A stretch of DNA of 63,830 nt, the filler included, from Reclinomonas americana ATCC 50394 (lineage: Eukaryota), in NCBI GenBank assembly GCA_048213135.1. It is 21 parts of 21 records of this genome, joined end to end, with 100 filler letters (N's around TTAATTAATTAA, not from the genome) between each part and the next. Parts side by side here need not be neighbours in the genome. Positions count along the whole stretch, not along the records: positions 1 to 7,781 come from AFZH01022272.1; positions 7,882 to 15,059 come from AFZH01022273.1; 19 more parts are not named here. One strand, written 5' to 3'. Each line of letters opens with the position of its first letter. The first letter of the stretch is position 1. A program made the position numbers and the translations under genes. Shown one piece after another: positions 1-10,688 of the stretch. The notes under the pieces were generated by a model. It was not told where the DNA came from. It worked only from the letters and a program-made list of their open reading frames with translations, and did not search any database.

Positions 1-1365
1 CCTGCGGGATCGAGCACGTCGACCGCAACCCCCGGGGGAGCGTGTGTTGAAGCCAGCGGGCACTATTGGCTTGGTCACGACGCTGGAGAGCAGGCAGCCC
101 GAGACTTCCGTTCCGCCCGTATAGTTGATCAGGGGGCACTCCCCCCGTCCGAAGGCCTTTTCGAACCAGACGAAATGCTCGGCAGCGATGCTTTCGCCGG
201 CTGTGATCAGAAGGCGAAGCGATGACAGGTCGGGCGCGGTGCTGACCGCCTCGTTCGAAGCCAGGCCGCGGATCAGTGTCGGCGCTGAGCCGTAGTGAGT
301 GACGCGATAGGTTTCAATCAACCGGCCCATCCGCGACCAGTCGGGGTAGTCAGGGGCGCCGTCGTAGCAAACCAGGGTCGCGCCGCGGAGAAGCGCCGAA
401 CCAAGAATGAGCGAGCCCGCGATCCAGCCCATGTCAGCCGGCCAACAAAAGACGTCGCCTGCTCCCACGTCGAAGTGAACCGCAGAGTCGTGTGCGATCT
501 TGATTGGGAAGCCGCCATGCACATGGACGGCTCCCTTGGGCTTCCCAGTCGTCCCCGAGGTGAAGATCACCATGAACGGGTCATTCGGGGACATCCGTGC
601 AGACGGCGGCGCACTGTCCGGGCTTTGCCTCACCAACTGCCAATCGAGGTAATCCGCATGGGCATCCGTCGGGGCAGTATCCTCAGGGGACCGCTTTAAC
701 ACGACGAGCTCCAGGTCCGGCAGCTCCTTCCTGACGGAAGCAATGGTGTCGCGCGTCGAGATAAACCGTCCACGCCGCTGAAAACCGGTCGTGGCCAGCA
801 GCGCCTTGGCTCCGCAGGATCCGAGACGGGCCGCAATGGCATCGGTTCCGAAGCCGCTAAAAAGCGGAACGACGATTGCGCCAATATATGCGACGGCAAG
901 CAGCGAGACCGAGGCCTCGATTCCGTTCTCCATCAGCAGACCAACGCGGTCGCCACGCTTCAGACCAAGGCGGAGCAACCCGGCAGCCAAGCTGCGGACT
1001 TCATCCTTCAATTCTCGGTACGTGACCTCGCGGAACGAGCCATCCTCGCGCTCGGCGATTATAGCCGTCCGGGACGCCCATTCGGGATTGTCCAGGATCG
1101 TGTCGACCCAGTTGAGCTCACCGCCGACGAACCAGGCAGGGAACGGAGCGCCACGAGACAGGTCGCAGTAGCGGTCGTAGTCGCTGCTCCAGCGGATATG
1201 GCAGAAGCTCGTAACCTCGCGCCAATACCGCTCCGGTTCGGCCAGCGATAACTCATAGAGCGCGTCCGTATCCGTCGCGCCAAGGCGTCTGGATAAGGCG
1301 GTCACCTGGGCACGGTCGATATAGTCGGCGGTAGGCTGCCAGATGTCGTTGCTGTCGAGCGCCAT
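1..1365 (-). CDS. AMP-binding acyl-CoA synthetase (acetyl-/acetoacetyl-CoA synthetase-like), 3' partial
   Basis: Manual translation from ATG 1365: MALDSNDIWQPT...WFVGGELN...IFTSGTTGKPKG...WPADMGWI...NYTGGTE. Runs off the window edge and is absent from the ORF track. Confidence 0.9.
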   Translation of the reverse strand, partial: MALDSNDIWQPTADYIDRAQVTALSRRLGATDTDALYELSLAEPERYWREVTSFCHIRWSSDYDRYCDLSRGAPFPAWFVGGELNWVDTILDNPEWASRTAIIAEREDGSFREVTYRELKDEVRSLAAGLLRLGLKRGDRVGLLMENGIEASVSLLAVAYIGAIVVPLFSGFGTDAIAARLGSCGAKALLATTGFQRRGRFISTRDTIASVRKELPDLELVVLKRSPEDTAPTDAHADYLDWQLVRQSPDSAPPSARMSPNDPFMVIFTSGTTGKPKGAVHVHGGFPIKIAHDSAVHFDVGAGDVFCWPADMGWIAGSLILGSALLRGATLVCYDGAPDYPDWSRMGRLIETYRVTHYGSAPTLIRGLASNEAVSTAPDLSSLRLLITAGESIAAEHFVWFEKAFGRGECPLINYTGGTEVSGCLLSSVVTKPIVPAGFNTRSPGGCGRRARSRR

Positions 1366-1367
1366 GG

Positions 1368-2090
1368 TCAGATTCCCAGATAGGCCCGTTGCACCTCAGG
1401 GCTCTGCGCGAGCACGCTCGCGGAGTCCTCGGCCGTGATTGCGCCGCCCTCGAGGATGTAGGCGCGGTCGGCGATGGCGAGCGCGGTTTCCGCGTTCTGT
1501 TCAACGAGCAGGATGTTCACGCCGGTTTCAGCGACCGTTTTGATCATCTCCGCGATGCGGTCGACGATCGCCGGGGCGAGCCCGATTGTCGGTTCGTCCA
1601 GGAGCAGGATACGCGGGGCGCTCATCAAAGCGCGCGCCACCGCAATCATTTGCTGCTGGCCACCGCTGAATGTCGAGGCTTGCGTGGCGAGCCGATCCCG
1701 CAGTTCCGGAAAGAGCGAAATCACCCGGTCGATATCGCGCTTTACCGCCGCGGTGTCGTTGCGTGCGAAGGAGCCGAGCTCCAGATTCTCAAGCATCGTC
1801 ATCTCGCCGAAGAGGCGCCGCCCCTCAGGCACCACGGACAATCCCTTTCGCACGAGACGGTCCGGGGACATCCCGGTGACGTTCTCACCGAAGAGATGCA
1901 CGCTTCCGGCGCTGGGACGCACGAGGCCGCAGATCGTCTTGATGAGCGTCGACTTGCCTGCGCCGTTCGCACCGATGAGGGTGACGATCTCGCCGCTGCC
2001 CACAGTGATGCTGACGTCGTTCAGTGCGGGAACAACGCCATAACGAGCTGAAAGGCCCGCGACCTTGAGGGGAAGCGCTTCAGTGCTCAT
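1368..2090 (-). CDS. livF: Branched-chain amino acid-type ABC transporter ATPase (LivF-like)
   Basis: GANGAGKS Walker A, VPEGRRLF, FSGGQQQM, LLLDEP; ends AYLGI. Confidence 0.9.
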   Translation of the reverse strand: MSTEALPLKVAGLSARYGVVPALNDVSITVGSGEIVTLIGANGAGKSTLIKTICGLVRPSAGSVHLFGENVTGMSPDRLVRKGLSVVPEGRRLFGEMTMLENLELGSFARNDTAAVKRDIDRVISLFPELRDRLATQASTFSGGQQQMIAVARALMSAPRILLLDEPTIGLAPAIVDRIAEMIKTVAETGVNILLVEQNAETALAIADRAYILEGGAITAEDSASVLAQSPEVQRAYLGI

Positions 2091-2820
2091 GGCGATGCCC
2101 CAGATAGGCTTCGATGACCTTTTGATCGGCGCGGATCTCCGACGGCGCACCGGTTGCCAGATGCTGCCCGTGGTGCAGCACGACGATGCGGTCACAGACA
2201 CGCATCACCGCCTTCATGTTGTGCTCGACGAGCAGAACCGAACAGCCGAATTCGTCCCGAATGCGCTCCAGTACGGCCAGCGTATTCGCGACCTCTGTCT
2301 GGTTCAGACCGGTCAGAGGTTCGTCGAGGCAGAGCAGCTTCGGCCGTGCCGCAAAGGCGATACCGATGGAGACGAGCCGCTGCAGGCCGTGAGGGAGCGT
2401 GCCGGCCTCCTCCGCGAGATAAGGAGTGAGCCCCAGCATCTCGGCGGTTTCCGCCACGCGCGCGCGCCGTTGTGCACCTCCGCGGACGCCGTGAATGGTG
2501 CCCAGCAGAATGTTGTCGCCGACCGACATGCTGCGCATGAGGCTGCCGTGCTGGAAGGTCCGAACCAGGCCAAGGCGGCTGATAGCCAGAGGCGACCGAC
2601 CGGTGCAGTTCTCACCAAAGACAAAGAGCTCGCCGGCTGACGGCTTGTAGAAGCCGCTGATCAAATTGAAGGTCGTGCTCTTGCCAGCACCGTTGGGGCC
2701 AATGAGCCCGAGAATCTCACGCGGGCGAATCTCCAGATCAAGATCCGAGACAGCGACCAGGCCGCCGAAGCGGCGGGTCAGACCCTTGGTGCGCAGCAGG
2801 GGTTGTTGCTCTGCCAGCAT
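2080..2820 (-). CDS. livG: Branched-chain amino acid-type ABC transporter ATPase (LivG-like)
   Basis: [33 protein letters not shown]. Confidence 0.9.
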   Translation of the reverse strand: MLAEQQPLLRTKGLTRRFGGLVAVSDLDLEIRPREILGLIGPNGAGKSTTFNLISGFYKPSAGELFVFGENCTGRSPLAISRLGLVRTFQHGSLMRSMSVGDNILLGTIHGVRGGAQRRARVAETAEMLGLTPYLAEEAGTLPHGLQRLVSIGIAFAARPKLLCLDEPLTGLNQTEVANTLAVLERIRDEFGCSVLLVEHNMKAVMRVCDRIVVLHHGQHLATGAPSEIRADQKVIEAYLGHRHEH

Positions 2821-2821
2821 C

Positions 2822-3742
2822 TCAGTGTCCCCCTCCGGCTTGGGGCCGCTTGCCGCTCACTAGTCCGGTGACGCCATGAGGTAGTAGCAGGACCGCCAGC
2901 ACGATCGCGGCGCCGTAGAAGATGTGCTCCCCGCCTCCGAGGCCGAGCGCATAGCTGCCGAGCACGACGAGCAGCGCGGTTCCCAAGAGCGGACCGATGA
3001 TGCTGCCCTCACCGCCGACCTTGACGTAGGCCAGAGCGAATGCCGCAACGAGGAAGCTGAAATCGCCGGGGCTGATCACATTGTTGGCGAAGGCGTGCAG
3101 GCTTCCGGCCATGCCGGCTGCAGCAGAGGCCGTTGCGAAGCAGGCGATCTTCACCAGCAGGATGTTGAGGCCGACCGTCCTGGCAACATTTTCATTGTCG
3201 CGGATCGCGGTCAGAATCTTCCCGAAATCAGAACGCTCCAGAGCATAGAGCCCGAGGATAAGGAGGGCTGCCACCGCGACAATAAAGGTCGGCATCCAGC
3301 CATCCAGGATCATCGGCGGAAAGATCCCGACCATCCCGGAGGTGCCGCCGAGCGCGATGCTCTTCGAGTAGAGAATGCGGACGGCTTCAGTGAACGCGAA
3401 GCCGATCAGGAGAAAATAAGGCCCCTTGGTCCGGAGCGTGATGAAGCCGAAGAGGATCGAGACCAGGCCAGCCATGGCGCCGCCCGCGAGCAGGGCTAGC
3501 AGAAACGGCCAGTTCAGGATGGTGAGCGTTGCCCCGGTGGTATAGGCGCCGATGCCGACGAAGGCTGCGGTCGCAAAGTTCAGCTCGCCCATCAGCATCA
3601 CGAAACGCAGGCTGACCGCAGTTAGAGCCCCGATCGCGATTAGATTGACCACGCTCGCAATATAAGGATCGCGAACAAAGGCGGTGCCCGCGAGCACGAT
3701 AGCGATCCCGCCGAGCCAGTAAGGAAGCTTCACATCAACCAT
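2822..3742 (-). CDS. livM: ABC transporter permease (LivM-like)
   Basis: Hydrophobic; [20 protein letters not shown] motifs. Start MVDVKLPYW at 3742. Confidence 0.85.
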   Translation of the reverse strand: MVDVKLPYWLGGIAIVLAGTAFVRDPYIASVVNLIAIGALTAVSLRFVMLMGELNFATAAFVGIGAYTTGATLTILNWPFLLALLAGGAMAGLVSILFGFITLRTKGPYFLLIGFAFTEAVRILYSKSIALGGTSGMVGIFPPMILDGWMPTFIVAVAALLILGLYALERSDFGKILTAIRDNENVARTVGLNILLVKIACFATASAAAGMAGSLHAFANNVISPGDFSFLVAAFALAYVKVGGEGSIIGPLLGTALLVVLGSYALGLGGGEHIFYGAAIVLAVLLLPHGVTGLVSGKRPQAGGGH

Positions 3743-4610
3743 GGCCGAGAAGCCCCTTCGGCCGCACCAGCAGAACGGCGATGACGAGGAAGAAGATCGC
3801 GACGGTGGCGGAGCTCGGGTCGAAGTAGAAGCTGCCGAAGGTCTCGATCGCGGCAACGAACAACCCGCCAAGGATCGCACCTGGGACGCTGCCGAGCCCG
3901 CCCACGATGACGGCGATGAAGCCTTTGATCAGATAGTCGGCGCCGATCACCGGCGAGACGATGGTCACCGGGGCGATGAGTGCCCCGGCAAGAGCCGCGA
4001 GGCCGGATGCGATCATGAAGCCCGCGAGCGCCATGCGGTTGTAGGGGATGCCCTGCAGCATGGCAGCCTCGTGGTCGATCGAGACGGCCCTCAGGGCCTT
4101 CCCAAGCTTGGTTCGCGTGAGCGCCCAGTAGAGCGAGGCGGTGATCAGGATCGCGGCAATGCACAAGGCAAAGCGCTGATTGGTGATCGCCGCCCCAAAG
4201 ATGGAGATGGTGCCTGGGAAAATCTCCGGCACGGGCCTCACGGCCCCGCCGAAGACTTTGAGCAGCACGCCGTCGAGAAGCAGAACGAGGCCGATCGACA
4301 GGATGAAAGACCCAACCATATCGCGTTGAAAGAACCGGAAGCCGCTTACGTACATCAAGAGGCCGAGCGCCATAGCGACGGCGATGCCCCCCACCGCTGC
4401 AAGCAGATAAGCAGGCAGGATGGGGAGACCGTTGGCTGCCAGCCAAGGCACCGCCCAGGCCACTGCCAGGGCAGAGACGGCGAACAGATGCCCATGGGCG
4501 AAGTTCACGATCCGCATGACCCCGAAGATCAGGGTCAAGCCGAGCGAGAACAGGATATAGACGGCGCCGATCTGCAGGCTCGTCAGGGTGAGCTGTATCG
4601 CGGTTTGCAT
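3735..4610 (-). CDS. livH: ABC transporter permease (LivH-like)
   Basis: GLTLIFGVMRIVNFAHG, TKLGKALRA, GGLGSVPG. Confidence 0.9.
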   Translation of the reverse strand: MQTAIQLTLTSLQIGAVYILFSLGLTLIFGVMRIVNFAHGHLFAVSALAVAWAVPWLAANGLPILPAYLLAAVGGIAVAMALGLLMYVSGFRFFQRDMVGSFILSIGLVLLLDGVLLKVFGGAVRPVPEIFPGTISIFGAAITNQRFALCIAAILITASLYWALTRTKLGKALRAVSIDHEAAMLQGIPYNRMALAGFMIASGLAALAGALIAPVTIVSPVIGADYLIKGFIAVIVGGLGSVPGAILGGLFVAAIETFGSFYFDPSSATVAIFFLVIAVLLVRPKGLLGHG

Positions 4611-4638
4611 GGTGGGCGTGCCTGGCTTGGTCCGGAGG

Positions 4639-5826
4639 TCACTTGCCCGAAGGCACGAGACGGGTTTTCTCGACCAGATTGCCGTCCTTCACCTGGGTGA
4701 TGGTCACGGGCAGGCGCATCTGCTGGCGGGACCCGTAGGTGTCCGTGCCATAGAAATCGACCTTGCTGCCGTAGAACGAGGTGAACGAGACATCGGCCAT
4801 CACGGCCGCGACCTTCTTGGGATCGATCGACTGCGCCTTCTCCATGCCCGCTTTCAGGGCGTAGACGGAGTCGTAGAAGCCGATCTGGATCGAGTTAAGC
4901 GACTCACCAAGGACGCCCCGAGCCTCTTCGTTCGTGGCCTTCTGCTGACCGGTCATGGCCGGGCTGTCAAAGGTGATGGCGGCACCCATGTAAACGTCTT
5001 CGATCGCCTTGCCGCCTGTCGCCTTGAGACCGTCGATTCCAGTGCCGACTGCGACGATCTTGACGCCCTTCCAGCCGAGAACATCCAGTTCGCGCAGGAC
5101 AGCCCCGGCATCGGCCGGCGGCATCGAGGCCAAATCGACCATGTCAGGCTTGAGAGAGGCGATGCGAGCCGCGATCGGCTGGAACTCGGTCGTCCCGCGC
5201 TCGTAGAAGTCGCTCGACAGAATCTTGATGTTGTTGCCGACCCAGGCCTTGTTGGCCACGCCTTCGGTCTCGCGACCGGTCGCATCATTTGGGTTGAGCA
5301 TCACGACCGACTTGGACTGCGGATGCTGCTCAAGCACGTATTTGAACATCGGCGGAATGATCTCGAACGCCGTGTTCATCTGGGTATAGGTCAGCGGGAA
5401 CTTCGGCCCCTTGATGCTGAAGCCCCAGGCCGTCGTGAACATCAGCACGCCCTGCCGCTCGGCGAGCGATTGCAGCGCCTGCACGGGAGCTGTTCCAAGG
5501 CTGCCGCCAATGAATTTCACGCCGTCACGGTTGAGGAGCGTCTGCGCGACGCGAGTGCCCTCGGCAGCGTTATACTTGTTGTCATAGGCGAGGCATTCGA
5601 AGTTGTAGGTCTTGCCGTCGACTTTGACGCCACCGGCTTGCGCGATCTCTTGCGCCGCCTTCTTGCACATGAACTCCGACCCCTTGCCCCAGATCGCTCC
5701 AGAGCCCGACAGGGGTACGGAAAGCCCAAGCTTGATCGTCTCCTGAGCCTGCACGCCGCCGAGGCTGGCGAGCAGCCCAAGCGAGGTGCTCAGTCCGAGA
5801 AGCTTCATCCGCGCCTTAAACGTCAT
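4639..5826 (-). CDS. Periplasmic substrate-binding protein, Leu/Ile/Val-binding family
   Basis: Signal peptide, IKLGLSVPLSG, YDNKY; first gene of the Liv-type operon. Confidence 0.85.
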   Translation of the reverse strand: MTFKARMKLLGLSTSLGLLASLGGVQAQETIKLGLSVPLSGSGAIWGKGSEFMCKKAAQEIAQAGGVKVDGKTYNFECLAYDNKYNAAEGTRVAQTLLNRDGVKFIGGSLGTAPVQALQSLAERQGVLMFTTAWGFSIKGPKFPLTYTQMNTAFEIIPPMFKYVLEQHPQSKSVVMLNPNDATGRETEGVANKAWVGNNIKILSSDFYERGTTEFQPIAARIASLKPDMVDLASMPPADAGAVLRELDVLGWKGVKIVAVGTGIDGLKATGGKAIEDVYMGAAITFDSPAMTGQQKATNEEARGVLGESLNSIQIGFYDSVYALKAGMEKAQSIDPKKVAAVMADVSFTSFYGSKVDFYGTDTYGSRQQMRLPVTITQVKDGNLVEKTRLVPSGK

Positions 5827-5868
5827 TTCCTCTCCTCCACTTCCGAGCTTCGGTTGATTCCGTGCCCG

Positions 5869-7122
5869 CTATCGATGTGTCGTGCTGCCAGTCGCTAAGC
5901 CCGTGAGGCCGGTAATTTCGTCCGGTTCGTAGCCGAGCGAGGCCAAGAGCTCTGCTGAATCGGCGCCAAGCTTCGGCGCAGGCCGGTGCTCGGGCCGCAG
6001 CGCAGCTGTTCGGACAGCGTTTGCGACGATTGGTATCTGGCTCGCGCCGTCCGGCGCCGGCTCCAATGAAAAGAAGCCGCCATTGGCATTCTCGGGAGCC
6101 ACGAGAGCCTCGGCCGGGGTCAGGGCCCGGCAGGCCGGAATCTTGGCGGCTTCAAGCTCTGCCAGACATTCATCGGACGAGCGCGACGAGCACCAGTCAG
6201 CCATGACCGCACTCAGAGCCTCGCCGTTCTCGCCCCGGCCGATATCGGAGGTGAAACGCGGGTCCGCCAGCAAGTCAGGGCGGCCGACGAACTGCACCCA
6301 GCGGCGAAACATGCCGTCACCGATGACCTGGATCATCAGCCAGCCGTCGCGAGTCTGGAAAAGATCAGATGGGCCAGCGATCGGGCTGCGGTTGCCGATC
6401 GGCTTGCGGCTGCGCGCGCCGGCCGCCTCCTCGATCAGCATCGGATTGGTCATCGTCAGCGCCGTTCCCAGCAGCGATGCCTGGACATGCTGGCCTCGCC
6501 CGGTGCCACGCCGCTCATACAGCGCCGACAAGGTCGCAAAGGCAGCTGACATTCCGGTGGCGTAATCGACATACGAGACAGCGGCCCGGATGGGACGCTC
6601 ACCAGTCCCGCTCAAAGCCATAGCGCCGCTGAGCGCTTGTCCCGTGCCGTCGAAGCCGATGCGGTCGCGACTGTCTCCCTCCGGCCCGTAGGCACTGATC
6701 GTGCAGAGCACGATGTCGGGGCGGATAGCCTTTAGAGTATCGTAGTCCAGGCGCGCGCGGCGCAAGGCGGCCGGCGGCAGATTGACAATGACGGCGTCCG
6801 CGGTTGCGACCAGCTTCTCGAATGCCGCCCTCCCGCTCTCGGTATCGAGGTCGAGCGCGAGCGACTTCTTGTTGCGATTCATCTGAAGATACAGCGCACC
6901 CCGACCCGGCTGGCCGATCGGCATCACTTCGCGATCGGGAGCGCCGGTGGGCGGCTCGATGCGGATAACCTCCGCCCCGTGATCGGCCAGCAATGCTGCG
7001 CAGAACGGCCCCGCGATATAGCGACCGAGATCGAGCACGCGCAGGCCCGAAAGGCCCGCTTCCACGCCAGATGCGCCGTTAACGCCTATCGGGAGTTCGG
7101 TCCCGTCCACCACTTTCCTCAC
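5869..7122 (-). CDS. CaiB/BaiF family III CoA-transferase (start uncertain)
   Basis: LSGLRVLDL..IAGP..LADHGAEVIRIE, NRNKKSL, DPRF. Confidence 0.9.
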   Translation of the reverse strand: MRKVVDGTELPIGVNGASGVEAGLSGLRVLDLGRYIAGPFCAALLADHGAEVIRIEPPTGAPDREVMPIGQPGRGALYLQMNRNKKSLALDLDTESGRAAFEKLVATADAVIVNLPPAALRRARLDYDTLKAIRPDIVLCTISAYGPEGDSRDRIGFDGTGQALSGAMALSGTGERPIRAAVSYVDYATGMSAAFATLSALYERRGTGRGQHVQASLLGTALTMTNPMLIEEAAGARSRKPIGNRSPIAGPSDLFQTRDGWLMIQVIGDGMFRRWVQFVGRPDLLADPRFTSDIGRGENGEALSAVMADWCSSRSSDECLAELEAAKIPACRALTPAEALVAPENANGGFFSLEPAPDGASQIPIVANAVRTAALRPEHRPAPKLGADSAELLASLGYEPDEITGLTGLATGSTTHR

Positions 7123-7221
7123 CCTTATTTTCTGCGAAGGGGGCTTTCCATCGCTTGCTTTGACGTGTTAGTCATTCTCTATGCTGAATGACATTCACAG
7201 TTTCTTGAAAGCCATTCATAC

Positions 7222-7781
7222 ATGAGTGCAAGCCCTGATCAAGACCTCTCGCCAAAAATCGTCGGAGCCGTCGCCAACGCGGTTTCCATCCTCCGATCGC
7301 TTGCTCAGATGAGTGAGCCGGCGGGTGTAGCGGTCATCGCGCGCGATACCGGCGTGAGCGTCAGCACCTGCTTCAACATCCTGCGGACGCTCTCCACGGA
7401 GCGGCTGGTGGACTTCGATGCGGAGGCGAAGACCTACCGGATCGGCCTCGGTGTTCTGGAGCTCTCGTTGCCGCTTCTTGGCGCCAACCAGGCCGATCTG
7501 ATCCGGCCGGAGCTCGCGCGGCTCTCCGGCGAGCACAAGAGCCTGCTCTGCCTCTGGCAGGTGACTGATGGCGAGCGCATCGTTCTCGTCGACCGTGTTT
7601 CAACAGCGAAGACGGTCAGAGTCGACATGTCCGACGGCTCGCGCCTCCCGACCTTCGTGGGTGCGGTTGGTCGTTGCTACGCCGCCTTGCGCAACCTGCC
7701 GCGCGACGAACTGAAACTCCGCTTCGACGCGCTGCAATGGCAGGCCCCGCCGAGCTTTGAGGATTACGCGGCCGACGTCGA
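7222..7781 (+). CDS. IclR family regulator, 3' partial
   Basis: N-terminal HTH (STCFNILRTL, YRIG), GSRLP..GAVG; divergent from the CoA-transferase. Confidence 0.85.
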
Positions 7782-7881
7782 NNNNNNNNNNNNNNNNNNN
7801 NNNNNNNNNNNNNNNNNNNNNNNNNTTAATTAATTAANNNNNNNNNNNNNNNNNNNNNNNNNNNNNNNNNNNNNNNNNNNN
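7782..7881. other. Artificial contig linker N44-TTAATTAATTAA-N44; 20 copies starting at 7782, 15060, 17615, 19387, 21962, 23622, 25090, 31211, 41859, 43764, 45400, 46922, 48926, 50382, 52868, 55814, 57542, 58662, 60961, 62502
   Basis: Identical 100-nt spacer with stops in all six frames. Confidence 0.99.
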
Positions 7882-7883
7882 GT

Positions 7884-8126
7884 CGCAGCGATGATGGAAC
7901 GCCTACCTCGAACGCGGCCCAGCCTCGACCGCCCGGCAACATCCACGCCAGCCAGAAGCTCGTCTTCGGTCGCTCGGCGAAGGCCGGCGATAAACTCGAA
8001 GCGCAGGTCAGCTGCCTGTCAAAAGAGCGCCGCAAGGAACGCGGCTGGGTGACGTTTGGCGTCGTCCTGAGTGTCGAAGGACAGGATGTCCTCAACGGCG
8101 AGATCCGAACGATCTGGGCGCGATGA
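7884..8126 (+). CDS. Hot-dog fold (MaoC-like) protein, C-terminal fragment
   Basis: Manual translation ...PGNIHASQKLVFGRSAKAGDKLEAQVSCLSKERRKERGWVTF...IWAR*. Confidence 0.6.
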   Translation, partial: RSDDGTPTSNAAQPRPPGNIHASQKLVFGRSAKAGDKLEAQVSCLSKERRKERGWVTFGVVLSVEGQDVLNGEIRTIWAR

Positions 8127-8167
8127 CACAGGGCCCGGCAATACGCGCTCCACGGAGATAATGCGGA

Positions 8168-8593
8168 ATGGGAACGCTAGAGACTGCGGCGCTGCCGCGT
8201 GAACTCGCCATCGTCGAGATGATCACGGACCTGGACGCGGTCGCGCGCTACGCGGCGCTGACAGCCGACTACAACCCGATTCATCTCGATCCAGTCTTTG
8301 CCGCCAAGACCGCATTCGGTCGCCCGATTGTACACGGCACGCTCGGCCTCAACCTGGTGATCGAGGCGATCGAGCGCACCTTCGGCGGAGTTCCAGAAAA
8401 GCTGGCCCTGGATACACGCTTCATCCGACCGCTGCCGGTCGGTTCATCCATCCGAGCGGGCGGCGTCCTCAGGGACGACGCGGCGGGTACCTACGACATT
8501 TTCGTCGAGACAATGGCAGGGGAACGAGCAGTCGAAGGAACCTGCACCGTCCTCCCTGCCGCAGAACATTCCAACAAGGGACGTGACGCATGA
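8168..8593 (+). CDS. MaoC family dehydratase
   Basis: YAALTADYNPIHLD..FGRPIVHG hydratase motif. Confidence 0.85.
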   Translation: MGTLETAALPRELAIVEMITDLDAVARYAALTADYNPIHLDPVFAAKTAFGRPIVHGTLGLNLVIEAIERTFGGVPEKLALDTRFIRPLPVGSSIRAGGVLRDDAAGTYDIFVETMAGERAVEGTCTVLPAAEHSNKGRDA

Positions 8594-9747
8594 GTGAGCC
8601 GGCAGTCGACGACGAAACCTTCCAGCATCTCAAGGCGACCGTCGAGCGCTTCGTAGCGGAACGCCTCGTCCCCAACGAGATGCGGCTGGAGATTGAGGAC
8701 GAGGTCCCCGAGGAGATCGTCGCCGAGATGCGGGAGCTCGGTCTCTTCGGTCTGACAATCCCGCCGGAGTACGGCGGCATCGGACTGACCGCCAGCCAGG
8801 AAAGCCAGCTCGCCATGATCTTTGGCGGGACAGCGCTCGCCTTCCGTTCGCTGCTGGCGACCAATATCGGCATTGGCGCGCGCGGGCTCATCTTCGAGGG
8901 CACAGAGGAGCAGAAGCAGGCCTATTTGCCACGAATGGCGAGCGGCGAACTGATCTCGGCCTTCGCCCTGACCGAGCCGGACACGGGTTCGGATCCTGCC
9001 AATTTGACGACGCGTGCCGTACGGGACGGCGACGACTACCTGATCAGCGGGACCAAGCGCTACATCACCAATGCCCAGCGCGCCGGCGTCTTCACTGTCA
9101 TGGTGCGAACCGAATTCGACAAGCCGGGCGCAGATGCGATCTCGGCCTTCCTGGTTCCGAGCGACTCCCCTGGCCTGACGATCGGCAAGAAGGATCGCAA
9201 GATGGGTCAGCGCGGCACGACGACGTCCGACGTGATGTTCGACAATGTCCGTGTGCCCGCCAGCGCGATCATCGGCCTCAAGCCCGGCCGAGGATTCCGC
9301 CTGGCAATGCGTGTGCTTGACCGCGGCCGCATTCATATCGCGGCTCTCGCAACTGGCGCCTGCAAGCGGCTCATCGCGGAAATGACCGGCTTTGCCAAGG
9401 AGCGCCGGCAGTTCGGGAAGCCGATCGCCGAGTACCAGCTCATTCAGGCGATGATTGCCGACAGCTACACCGAATACCTCGCCTCCCGGGCGCTGGTGGA
9501 GCAGACCGCGGCGATCTACGACCGCGAAGGCGCTGCCCGAACCGAAGCTTCGGCTGCGAAGTATTTCGCGACCGAGGCGGTTGGTCGGGTCGCCGACCGA
9601 GCCGTGCAGGTCCATGGGGGCGCTGGCTATATGAGCGAGTACGCGGTCGAGCGCTTCTATCGCGACGTGCGCTTGATGCGGATCTACGAGGGCACGAGCC
9701 AGATCCAGCAGCTCCTCATCGCCCGCCAAATCCTGAAGGAAGCCTGA
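8590..9747 (+). CDS. Acyl-CoA dehydrogenase
   Basis: FALTEPDTGSD, GTKRYITN, RQFGKPI, RIYEGTSQIQ. Confidence 0.95.
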   Translation: MSEPAVDDETFQHLKATVERFVAERLVPNEMRLEIEDEVPEEIVAEMRELGLFGLTIPPEYGGIGLTASQESQLAMIFGGTALAFRSLLATNIGIGARGLIFEGTEEQKQAYLPRMASGELISAFALTEPDTGSDPANLTTRAVRDGDDYLISGTKRYITNAQRAGVFTVMVRTEFDKPGADAISAFLVPSDSPGLTIGKKDRKMGQRGTTTSDVMFDNVRVPASAIIGLKPGRGFRLAMRVLDRGRIHIAALATGACKRLIAEMTGFAKERRQFGKPIAEYQLIQAMIADSYTEYLASRALVEQTAAIYDREGAARTEASAAKYFATEAVGRVADRAVQVHGGAGYMSEYAVERFYRDVRLMRIYEGTSQIQQLLIARQILKEA

Positions 9748-9749
9748 TC

Positions 9750-10670
9750 ATGAGCGTGTCTCACATGCTCGACGGCAAGGTCGTCGTCGTCACGGGCGCT
9801 GGCGGGGGAATTGGGCGAGATATCGCCCTGATGGCGGGTGCGAATGGCGCACGGGTCGTCGTCAACGATATTGGGGCAGGTCTCGACGGGAGCGGCCAGG
9901 ATGACGGGCCGGCAGCGCGCGTGGTCGCCGAGATCAAGGCGGCCGGCGGCGAGGCTGTCGCCAGCCTCGACAGCGTCGCGGATGCCAAAGGCGCGCAACG
10001 CATCGTGCAGACCGCCCTCGACGCCTTTGGGCGACTGGATGGCGTCGTCAACAATGCCGGCATCCTGCGCGACACCTTCTTCCACAAGATGACGGAAGAG
10101 GAGTGGGACCGGGTTGTGAAAGTGCACCTGTACGGCAGCTTTCACGTCAGCCGCGCTGCGGCCCCGGTCTTCAAGCAGCAGCAGTCGGGCAGCCTGGTGC
10201 ACATGACCTCGACCTCGGGGCTCATCGGCAATCTCGCCCAGGCGAACTATTCGGCAGCCAAGCTCGGCATCGTTGGGCTGTCGAAATCAATCGCCCTCGA
10301 TATGCAGCGCTTCGGTGTCCGCTCGAACTGCATCGCGCCCTTCGCCTGGAGCCGGATGATCAGCTCGATCAAAGTCGACTCGCCGGAGCAGGAAGCACGC
10401 GTCGCTCGCCTGCAACAGATGACACCTGCCAAGATCGCGCCACTCGCCGTCTACCTGCTCTCGGAGCGCGCGACCTCGGTCAGCGGCCAGATATTCTGTG
10501 TCCGCAACAACGAAATCCTCCTCTTTAACCAGCCACGCCCAGTTCGCTCGGTGCAGCGCGAGGGCGGTTGGACGCCGGAACAGATCGCCGAGCACGCGAT
10601 GCCGGTGCTGTCGGCGAGCTTCCACGGCCTCGACGTGTCGTCGGACGTTTTTACCTGGGATCCGGCCTGA
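9750..10670 (+). CDS. SDR oxidoreductase (3-hydroxyacyl-CoA dehydrogenase-like)
   Basis: TGAGGGIG, NNAGILRD, YSAAK. Confidence 0.9.
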   Translation: MSVSHMLDGKVVVVTGAGGGIGRDIALMAGANGARVVVNDIGAGLDGSGQDDGPAARVVAEIKAAGGEAVASLDSVADAKGAQRIVQTALDAFGRLDGVVNNAGILRDTFFHKMTEEEWDRVVKVHLYGSFHVSRAAAPVFKQQQSGSLVHMTSTSGLIGNLAQANYSAAKLGIVGLSKSIALDMQRFGVRSNCIAPFAWSRMISSIKVDSPEQEARVARLQQMTPAKIAPLAVYLLSERATSVSGQIFCVRNNEILLFNQPRPVRSVQREGGWTPEQIAEHAMPVLSASFHGLDVSSDVFTWDPA

Positions 10671-10688
10671 GGCCGAAGGAGCTGCCGC

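Noticed and set aside
7826..7837. Recurrent TTAATTAATTAA as a biological repeat or CRISPR
   Set aside because: Always embedded in N runs; it is an assembly linker
3741..9729. Long antisense ORFs such as 3741-4700, 4588-5898 and 8491-9729 (and similar ones elsewhere)
   Set aside because: High-GC shadow ORFs opposite well-supported genes
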